From assembly GCA_033809295.1 (NCBI GenBank), contig JAPXLY010000001.1, forward strand, positions 10,340 to 74,339: a stretch of DNA of 64,000 nucleotides. Direction: 5' to 3'. Under the pieces are notes generated by a model that had not been told where the DNA came from, did no database searches, and saw only the letters and a list, made by a program, of their open reading frames with translations. The stretch's first letter is position 1; each line of letters starts with the position of its first letter. A program made the position numbers and the translations under genes. Origin of the DNA: Bacillota bacterium. GTDB taxonomy: Bacteria; Bacillota; SHA-98; UBA4971. Shown here one piece after another: positions 38,801-46,232 of this stretch.

Positions 38801-40831
38801 ATGGCCATCCATCATGAAGATGAAGTACTGGGAAAAGCATACGACCGGAAGCTCATGAAAAGGCTGCTTAAGTACGCCTTGCCCTATCGATGGTTTCTTG
38901 TGGGATGTATAGCGCTTTTGCTGCTCATTACAGGACTGGATCTAGTGCAGCCTTATCTCATAAAGATCGCAATAGACAATCATATGAATGCCCTCACCGA
39001 ACCTATGCTGGCGTTTGCTCCAGGGGACGAACCGTGCCCGGGCATCGCATTTGACGAATACGTATTTGTCCGAGAGAGGGAACTTACAGGTAAGTCCGCG
39101 CCAGGTTACGAAAGTTCCCCGGAACCTATAAAGGCCAGGATTGAACAGGTGGGGGACAAGTATTACCTGCTAATGGAGTCTCCGGGCGATGTTATTCTAA
39201 GGCGAGAGCTGACAGGTGCCGAGTTGCGCGTATTCAAAGAGTATGATATTCGCGCTGTGACAAGGTTGGGCTTTATTCTACTCGGTGCTTTGACTCTTGC
39301 ATTTCTTCTCAATTACATACAGGTTTATGCTCTTCAGTACACAGGCTTGAAGATTGTCTCAAGCATGAGGCTTGAGGTTTTCCGGCATTTGCAGCGCTTG
39401 TCATTGTCTTTCTTCGACAAGAACCCTATAGGCCGGCTTGTCACCAGAGTAACCAATGACATGGACGCACTGAATGAGATGTACACTGCGGTTTTGGTGA
39501 ACTTGTTCAAAGATGTTTTCCTTCTTGCCGGAATCATCATAGTGATGTTGAAGATGAATGTTAGGCTTGCACTGGTCAGTTTCGCTATGCTGCCTGTAAT
39601 ATTCACGGTTACGGCGATATTTCGCAAGAAGGCCAGGGACGCGTATAGGGCAGTCAGGGTAAGGCTCGCCAGGATCAATGCCGCTATGGCTGAGAATATC
39701 TCGGGAATGCGCATAATTCAGATTTTCGGCAGGGAAAAAAAGAAATTCGAGGAGTTTGACCGGGTCAATCACGACTACTTCCGTGCCGGTATGCAAGAAC
39801 TCAGAGTATACGCGATTTTCAGGCCTGCCATGGATCTTATCTCGTCTCTTGCTCTTGCGCTTCTAATTTGGTTTGGCGGAAGGCATGTAATGTGGGGCAC
39901 ACTGGAATTCGGTGTGCTTTTCGCGTTCACCAATTACCTGCAGCAATTCTTCCGCCCTATTAATGATCTTACTGAGAAATACAATATTATGCAGGCTGCC
40001 ATGGCTTCGGCAGAACGAATCTTCATGCTTCTTGACGCTTGCGAAGTTGAGCCTGATCCTCCGGAACCCGTAGCCTTCCGAAGACCAAAAGGAGAGATTG
40101 AATTTCAGAATGTATGGTTTGCATACAACGAAAACGACTGGGTATTAAGGGATGTCAGCTTTCGCATTGAGCCGGGTGAAACCTGCGCTTTTGTAGGCGC
40201 GACAGGGGCGGGAAAGACCTCAATCATCAGCCTGATAGGACGGATGTATGAGATATCCCGTGGGCGAATACTCATCGACGGGGTGGATATCAGAGATATA
40301 CCCAGGCATGAGTTGCGACGTCACATAGGCGTAGTACAGCAGGATGTATTCTTGTTTACGGGGGACGTTAAAAGCAACATAAGGTTGGGTGACAGTGGCA
40401 TCACCGATGACCAAGTGCGGGAAGCTGCCGCTTTCGTAAACGCTGACAAGTTTATAGGCAGACTCCATGGAGGGTATGACGCGCCTGTCAGGGAGAGAGG
40501 CGTTACGTTATCAGCCGGTGAGAGGCAGCTCTTGGCGTTTGCACGGGCATTGGCGAGAGATCCTGCCATACTCGTCTTAGATGAAGCTACCGCAAGTATT
40601 GACACTGAGACTGAAGCCCTTATCCAGGACGCTCTGACAAAGCTGATTCGTGGAAGGACTACTCTTGTTGTGGCCCATAGACTGTCAACGATTCAGAATG
40701 CAGATAAGATTATCGTAATCCACAAAGGAAGGATTAGAGAGATCGGAACTCACCAGGAGCTGCTGGCAAAGCACGGCATTTACCATCAACTTTATCTTCT
40801 TCAGTACAGAGAGCAGACAGAAGTATCGTAG
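38801..40831 (+). CDS. ABC exporter, fused TMD-NBD half-transporter (heterodimer subunit 2) with enlarged extracytoplasmic loop
   Basis: Walker A GATGAGKTS, LSAGERQ, Walker B LVLDEATASID. About 100-aa insertion between TM1 and TM2. Confidence 0.8.
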   Translation: MAIHHEDEVLGKAYDRKLMKRLLKYALPYRWFLVGCIALLLLITGLDLVQPYLIKIAIDNHMNALTEPMLAFAPGDEPCPGIAFDEYVFVRERELTGKSAPGYESSPEPIKARIEQVGDKYYLLMESPGDVILRRELTGAELRVFKEYDIRAVTRLGFILLGALTLAFLLNYIQVYALQYTGLKIVSSMRLEVFRHLQRLSLSFFDKNPIGRLVTRVTNDMDALNEMYTAVLVNLFKDVFLLAGIIIVMLKMNVRLALVSFAMLPVIFTVTAIFRKKARDAYRAVRVRLARINAAMAENISGMRIIQIFGREKKKFEEFDRVNHDYFRAGMQELRVYAIFRPAMDLISSLALALLIWFGGRHVMWGTLEFGVLFAFTNYLQQFFRPINDLTEKYNIMQAAMASAERIFMLLDACEVEPDPPEPVAFRRPKGEIEFQNVWFAYNENDWVLRDVSFRIEPGETCAFVGATGAGKTSIISLIGRMYEISRGRILIDGVDIRDIPRHELRRHIGVVQQDVFLFTGDVKSNIRLGDSGITDDQVREAAAFVNADKFIGRLHGGYDAPVRERGVTLSAGERQLLAFARALARDPAILVLDEATASIDTETEALIQDALTKLIRGRTTLVVAHRLSTIQNADKIIVIHKGRIREIGTHQELLAKHGIYHQLYLLQYREQTEVS

Positions 40832-40848
40832 GCTGCATTCGGGAGTAC

Positions 40849-40878
40849 TTTGCCGTATCCGATATCCCATTGTATAAT
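40849..40878 (+). promoter_or_regulatory. Putative sigma-A promoter for the sigma-54 activator gene (TTTGCC-18-TGTATAAT)
   Basis: Perfect TATAAT with an upstream TG. Lies just inside the ORF-track N-terminal extension of the activator ORF. Confidence 0.4.
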
Positions 40879-40900
40879 GTGTTGTGTGGGGGGGAGTAGG

Positions 40901-42193
40901 TTGCCGGGATTTGTCTTTGTCGATGACGATAAGTGTAATAGGTGTGGCGTGTGTATTCCGAACTGCCCTGTTGACGCCATATCCTCTGTGAGAGATAGAA
41001 TCATCGTGGATCCGCAAAGATGCGACGGATGCGGCGCATGCTTCAAGGTGTGCCCTGAAACCGCGTTCAGGCTTTCAGACGATCTTAAGGCAGTTTTGTG
41101 GGTATTGGCTTCAGGCGGGCAGGTGTCAAAAGAGCTTGATCAAACCTTTGCCGAAGCTCTTCCAGGTGTCGATAAAGATCGCATTACCAAAGCTGCCGGG
41201 CTTCTCCTGTCCTGGGAATCTCAGGATGCTAAGAAGTCCCGTGATTCCGCGGGAAACCCTATCATTGCATACAGCGTGGAAATGGGCAAAGTGTTGCAGG
41301 TAGCGACTAAGGTAGCACACGTGACCACGACTATTCTCATCCTGGGCGAATCAGGAGTCGGAAAAGAAGTGATCGCGCGATTCATCCATAATGCAAGCCT
41401 TCGCAAGAGTGGCCCCTTTGTCACCATAAACTGCGGAGCAATCCCTCCGAATCTTCTTGAATCCGAGTTATTCGGGTACGAGGCCGGCGCATTCACCGGT
41501 GCAAAACGCGAAGGCAAACCCGGGATGATAGAAGTCGCGTCTTCCGGCACACTCTTTCTTGACGAGATATCTGATCTCCCTCTTGATCTTCAAGTGAAAC
41601 TACTTCAAGTTATTCAGGAACGTCGTCTTACGCGGGTCGGCGGGATTCATCCTATTGAGGTTGATATCAGGATAATTGCCGCCACCAACAGGGACCTGGC
41701 AAAAATGGTGGAAAGAGGGGAGTTTCGTGCTGATCTCTTCTACAGACTGAATGTGGTCCCAATAGTCATCCCACCCCTGCGCAGCAGACGGGATGATATC
41801 ATTCCCTTGATTTATCATTTCTTAGCGAAACATAACAATACTCACCGGTACAACAAAACGATTTCCCGGGAGACAAGGGAAGTATTAACCCAGTACTCAT
41901 GGCCCGGTAACGTCAGGGAGCTTGAAAACCTTATAGAACGGCTTGTGGTCACAGTAGAAGGAGACGAAATCGGTGTAGAGGACTTGCCTCAGTATGTTAA
42001 GGAACGGGGTGTCAATTCCAATTCCAAGGTGACAGTGGAAGGAGTAATACCACTCCGTGAGGCTGTGGAAGAGGTTGAAAGGCAGTTAATCAAGCAGGCC
42101 AAGGAAGAGCATGAGACTACTTATGAAATAGCTGAGGCCCTCGGGGTGAACCAATCCACCGTTGTCAGGAAGCTAAAGAAATATGCACATTAA
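40901..42193 (+). CDS. Sigma-54-dependent transcriptional activator with N-terminal di-[4Fe-4S] ferredoxin-type sensor domain
   Basis: Two CxxCxxCxxxCP motifs (CNRCGVCIPNCP, CDGCGACFKVCP). AAA+ sigma-54 interaction domain with GAFTGA (ESELFGYEAGAFTGA). C-terminal Fis-type HTH. TTG start after GGGGGAG. Confidence 0.8.
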   Translation: MPGFVFVDDDKCNRCGVCIPNCPVDAISSVRDRIIVDPQRCDGCGACFKVCPETAFRLSDDLKAVLWVLASGGQVSKELDQTFAEALPGVDKDRITKAAGLLLSWESQDAKKSRDSAGNPIIAYSVEMGKVLQVATKVAHVTTTILILGESGVGKEVIARFIHNASLRKSGPFVTINCGAIPPNLLESELFGYEAGAFTGAKREGKPGMIEVASSGTLFLDEISDLPLDLQVKLLQVIQERRLTRVGGIHPIEVDIRIIAATNRDLAKMVERGEFRADLFYRLNVVPIVIPPLRSRRDDIIPLIYHFLAKHNNTHRYNKTISRETREVLTQYSWPGNVRELENLIERLVVTVEGDEIGVEDLPQYVKERGVNSNSKVTVEGVIPLREAVEEVERQLIKQAKEEHETTYEIAEALGVNQSTVVRKLKKYAH

Positions 42194-42207
42194 TGCACGT
42201 GTGCATT
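42192..42207 (+). promoter_or_regulatory. Palindrome AATGCAC-GT-GTGCATT, candidate enhancer (UAS) site
   Basis: 7-bp arms with a 2-bp spacer, overlapping the activator stop, about 320 bp upstream of the sigma-54 promoter. Confidence 0.3.
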
Positions 42208-42376
42208 ATGCGATGCTTGTTTGCATTTACTGCTGAATTCCCCGGTTTCGCCCGGCCTTTAAGGAATCAAGGAGACAATGCAAACGTCATTCCCCAGCTT
42301 GCAACTGTTAATAGCTCCGTGCAATTGAGATCCGTGTCATAAATAAACTTTCCAAAGAACGTGAAAATGAAGCAGA

Positions 42377-42415
42377 GCACGCCCGAATCCGTGCCGGTAA
42401 TGCACCGGCGCATTA
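42377..42415 (+). promoter_or_regulatory. Paired palindromes (GCACG-N8-CGTGC and TAATGC-ACCGGC-GCATTA), candidate enhancer sites
   Basis: 100-135 bp upstream of the sigma-54 promoter. Second palindrome shares the AATGCAC half-site with the 42192 element. Confidence 0.3.
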
Positions 42416-42512
42416 ATTCCGGCGGATTTTGTCATTGCTTGTCTGTTCGCCGATTGACTTTGTGACGCCTTTCACAAGGCTTTAGCGGAAATATGCCTGA
42501 TCCGGTGTGGAC

Positions 42513-42528
42513 TGGCACGATCCTTGCA
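42513..42528 (+). promoter_or_regulatory. Sigma-54 (-24/-12) promoter TGGCAC-N5-TTGCA for the hydrogenase operon
   Basis: Exact consensus GG-N10-GC spacing, 80 nt upstream of the hydC start. Confidence 0.7.
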
Positions 42529-42607
42529 CTACAATAGACTGTGGTTCCCGTTTCGGCAGGTATGGCAGTGCCCGTTTGCGGCTCTGGATCGGTAAGGAGG
42601 AATAGGT

Positions 42608-43102
42608 ATGGCCTGTGAGACGTGTACATGTATTAGCGAGATTACTGATGAACAAAGGGAGAAAGTCAGGGAGATAATCAAACACTACAAAGGGAAACCG
42701 GGTGTCCTGATTCAAACTCTACACGAAGCCCAGCAAGTGGTGGGTTATCTTCCCAGGGAAATCCAGGTTATGATTGCTGAGGGGCTGGATATTCCTCTCA
42801 GCGAGGTTTACAGCGTTGTAACGTTTTACGCGTTATTTTCGCTGAAGCCTAAGGGTAGGAATGTTATCAGTGTTTGCAAGGGAACGGCATGTTATGTTAA
42901 GGGCGTGGACGCCATAATGGAGAAACTCGAAGAAGACTTGGGGATCAAAGGGGAAGACACCACTGATGACGGAAGGTTCTCGGTGGAGATTGTCAGGTGT
43001 ATGGGAGCTTGCGGCCTTGGACCCGTGGTCAGAGTGAACGAGGATATATACGCGAGGGTCAAGCCGGATCAAATGAAGGAAGTATTGGCTAAGTATGAGT
43101 GA
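42608..43102 (+). CDS. hydC: [FeFe]-hydrogenase / NADH dehydrogenase 24-kDa-type subunit (HydC/NuoE-like, 2Fe-2S thioredoxin-like)
   Basis: NuoE-family sequence with CKGTAC…CMGACGLGP cluster motifs. Confidence 0.8.
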   Translation: MACETCTCISEITDEQREKVREIIKHYKGKPGVLIQTLHEAQQVVGYLPREIQVMIAEGLDIPLSEVYSVVTFYALFSLKPKGRNVISVCKGTACYVKGVDAIMEKLEEDLGIKGEDTTDDGRFSVEIVRCMGACGLGPVVRVNEDIYARVKPDQMKEVLAKYE

Positions 43103-43179
43103 TGTCATGACGTTTCCGGCTTGTTTTGAGCGTCGGTCTAAATTTGTGTGGTTGTTCCAGGATAAGGAGGCTTGGTAAC

Positions 43180-46100
43180 ATGGGTTCCTACAGGACACAT
43201 GTTCTGGTTTGCGGCGGGGCGGGTTGTGCCTCGTCAGGATGCAAAGATGTTGAACAGGCGCTTAATGATGAAATCACCAAGCAAGGCCTCGCCGACGAAA
43301 TCAGGGTTATCGTTACAGGATGTATGGGTCCTTGCGAATTGGGCCCCATCATTATTGTCTATCCGGAAGGGGTCCTTTATAGAAATCTCAAACCCGACGA
43401 CGCCCGTTTAATAGTCAAGGAGCATCTTTTGAAAGGGAGAATAGTTGACAGACTTCTTTACGTAACCCCGGACACAATGCAAAAAGTCCCTACGTATTCT
43501 GACATGGTTTTCTTCAACAGACAGCTTCGGATTGCACTTCGAAACACAGGCAAGATCGATCCTCTGGAAATAGAGGAGTACATAGCTGAAAACGGATATG
43601 CAGCCCTTGCAAAGGTCCTCTCCGAGATGACTCCGGAAGACGTGATAAACGTTCTGAAGAGTTCAGGCCTTCGAGGGAGAGGAGGGGCAGGGTTCCCCAC
43701 CGGTTTGAAATGGGACTTTACACGGAGAGCCAAGGGGGACCAGAAGTACGTAGTATGTAATGCTGACGAAGGCGACCCCGGTGCGTTCATGGACAGAAGC
43801 ATTATCGAAGGGGATCCCCATGCGATAATTGAGGCCATGTCAATCGCAGGCTACACTGTCGGGGCGAATCAGGGATATGTGTACGTCAGAGCCGAATATC
43901 CCCTGGCAGTTGCCCATCTTACACACGCTATCAACCAGGCCAGAGAGTATGGGCTCTTGGGCAAGGATATTCTCGGCAAAGGCTTCGATTTCGATTTGGA
44001 TATAAGGGTTGGAGCAGGCGCTTTTGTATGCGGAGAAGAGACGGCTCTTCTTGCTTCAGTCGAGGGTAGGCGCGGAGAACCAAGGCCCAGGCCGCCTTTC
44101 CCTGCCAGTAAAGGGTTGTTCGGAAAACCGACTCTTCTCAATAACGTAGAGACTTACGCGAATGTTCCTCCGATAATCCTCCGGGGCCCTGAGTGGTTTG
44201 CAGGCATCGGAACGGAAAAGAGCAAAGGCACGAAAGTGTTTGCCCTCGCAGGCAAAATCAACAATACAGGCCTTGTTGAGGTCCCCATGGGTACGCCCTT
44301 GGGAGAAGTCGTCTTTGATATCGGAGGAGGGATCCCCGACGGCAAAAAGTTTAAGGCAGCGCAGACCGGAGGGCCTTCAGGCGGATGCGTCCCAGCGGAA
44401 TTCCTCAATACGCCCATGGACTATGAGTCCTTAACCAAGCTTGGGACGATCATGGGCTCAGGCGGCCTCGTGGTAATGGACGAAGACACATGTATGGTAG
44501 ACTTGGCCAGGTTCTTCTTAGAGTTTACGCAGGATGAATCCTGTGGGAAGTGTGCTCCGTGCCGTATAGGTACAAAGAGGATGCTGGAGATTCTGACCAG
44601 AATCACCCGAGGCGAAGGACGCGAAGGAGACATCGAGCGTCTGATTAAACTGGGAACATGGATAAAAGAGACAGCCCTCTGCGGTTTGGGGCAGACTGCC
44701 CCGTCTCCGGTTCTCACTACTATACGTTACTTCAGAGACGAATACGAAGCTCACATAAGAGACAAGAAATGTCCGGCTTCAGTATGTGCTTCCTTGTTTG
44801 AATCACCGTGTCAGAACGCGTGTCCTGCTGATGTTGATGTGCCAAGGTACATCAATCTCATCAGACAGAAGAGATATCAGGAAGCTGTGAAGCTGATAAA
44901 GGAGAAAAACCCGTTCCCTGCGGTGTGCGGCCGGGTTTGCACTCATCCGTGTGAAGGCAAATGCAGAAGAGCCCAACTTGACCAGGCGCTTGCCATTTGC
45001 GAGCTAAAGCGGTTCGCTGCTGACTATGAGCTCGAGAATCCAATCCCTGTGGAGAAGCCTGAGGTTCAGAAAGGTACTAAAGTGGCAATTGTCGGGGCCG
45101 GCCCTGCAGGCCTTACCGCAGCTTACTACCTGGCTCAACTGGGACACGAAGTGACGGTGTTCGAAGCCTTACCGAAACCGGGTGGCATGTTACTTGTGGG
45201 AATCCCCGAGTACAGACTGCCCAAGGACATCCTCGGCGCGGAGATCGACTACATTGAGAGAATGGGAGTCCGGATACGCACAGGAGAAAAGGTAGGTAAG
45301 GACGTAACCATTGATGACCTGAAGGCTGACGGGTACAAGGCAATACTCATCACAGTCGGTGCCAACGTTAGCCAGAGGCTTGGAGTGCCAGGGGAAGACC
45401 TGGACGGCGTAATCGGCGCTGTTGAGTTCCTCCAAGACGTCAATTTGGGCAGAAATCCAAAGGTTGGCAAGAAGGTTGCAGTAATAGGAGGAGGTAACGC
45501 CGCTATAGACGCTGCCAGAACTGCTCTTCGTCTGGGGGCATCTGAGGTTCACATTATATACAGGCGCCAGCGAGAAGACATGCCTGCAGACAAAGCGGAA
45601 ATAGCTGAGGCTGAACGCGAAGGGATCAAGATACACTTCCTGACTGTGCCGGTGAAAATGATAGGTAGAGAGGGCAAGCTCACTAACATGGAGTGTGTCA
45701 GAATGTCCTTGGGCGAATTCGACCGCAGCGGACGAAGGCGTCCTGTTGAGATAGAGGGGTCGAATTTCATTGTTGATGTGGACATGGTTATCCCTGCCAT
45801 AAGCCAGAGGCCCGATATGTCTGTCTTGCCCGGTAGATCCGGAATTGAGACCACGAGATGGTCTACGATAGTTGCAGACACAAGGACTCTTGCCACAGGC
45901 GAACCCGGAATATTCGCAGGTGGTGACTGTGTACACGGGCCTGATACTGTAATTCAGGCGATTGCAGACGGTAGACGCGCTGCAATGGAGATTGATAAGT
46001 ACCTTGGCGGAACCGGGGAGATTCCTGTAAGCCCTGACCTTGGTCGGGAGCAGATCGGCGAAATCCACGAGGAACAGATGCCAAGGCAACATCCAGGTGT

Positions 46101-46212
46101 GCTACCCGTTGAGCGGAGATACGCCAACTTCAACGAAGTCGTTGATAAGTTCACTGAGGCTCAAGCACTCTTTGAAGCTTCGCGCTGTCTCCGGTGCGAC
46201 GTGAAGGACTAA
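43180..46212 (+). CDS. hydB: HydB/NuoF-like flavoprotein subunit fused to a C-terminal GltD-like NAD(P)H oxidoreductase domain
   Basis: N-terminal thioredoxin-like 2Fe-2S domain. NuoF FMN/NADH site GLRGRGGAGFPTGLKW and 4Fe-4S motifs. GltD-type Fe-S linker. Rossmann motifs VAIVGAGPAGLTAA and VAVIGGGNAAIDAA. Confidence 0.8.
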   Translation: MGSYRTHVLVCGGAGCASSGCKDVEQALNDEITKQGLADEIRVIVTGCMGPCELGPIIIVYPEGVLYRNLKPDDARLIVKEHLLKGRIVDRLLYVTPDTMQKVPTYSDMVFFNRQLRIALRNTGKIDPLEIEEYIAENGYAALAKVLSEMTPEDVINVLKSSGLRGRGGAGFPTGLKWDFTRRAKGDQKYVVCNADEGDPGAFMDRSIIEGDPHAIIEAMSIAGYTVGANQGYVYVRAEYPLAVAHLTHAINQAREYGLLGKDILGKGFDFDLDIRVGAGAFVCGEETALLASVEGRRGEPRPRPPFPASKGLFGKPTLLNNVETYANVPPIILRGPEWFAGIGTEKSKGTKVFALAGKINNTGLVEVPMGTPLGEVVFDIGGGIPDGKKFKAAQTGGPSGGCVPAEFLNTPMDYESLTKLGTIMGSGGLVVMDEDTCMVDLARFFLEFTQDESCGKCAPCRIGTKRMLEILTRITRGEGREGDIERLIKLGTWIKETALCGLGQTAPSPVLTTIRYFRDEYEAHIRDKKCPASVCASLFESPCQNACPADVDVPRYINLIRQKRYQEAVKLIKEKNPFPAVCGRVCTHPCEGKCRRAQLDQALAICELKRFAADYELENPIPVEKPEVQKGTKVAIVGAGPAGLTAAYYLAQLGHEVTVFEALPKPGGMLLVGIPEYRLPKDILGAEIDYIERMGVRIRTGEKVGKDVTIDDLKADGYKAILITVGANVSQRLGVPGEDLDGVIGAVEFLQDVNLGRNPKVGKKVAVIGGGNAAIDAARTALRLGASEVHIIYRRQREDMPADKAEIAEAEREGIKIHFLTVPVKMIGREGKLTNMECVRMSLGEFDRSGRRRPVEIEGSNFIVDVDMVIPAISQRPDMSVLPGRSGIETTRWSTIVADTRTLATGEPGIFAGGDCVHGPDTVIQAIADGRRAAMEIDKYLGGTGEIPVSPDLGREQIGEIHEEQMPRQHPGVLPVERRYANFNEVVDKFTEAQALFEASRCLRCDVKD

Positions 46213-46232
46213 AGAATGGAGAGTGAACCAGG

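Noticed and set aside
42539-42556. Second sigma-54-like motif TGGCAGtgcccgTTTGC downstream of the main promoter
   Set aside because: GG-to-GC spacing is 12 nt rather than the obligatory 10, and it overlaps the predicted 5' leader.
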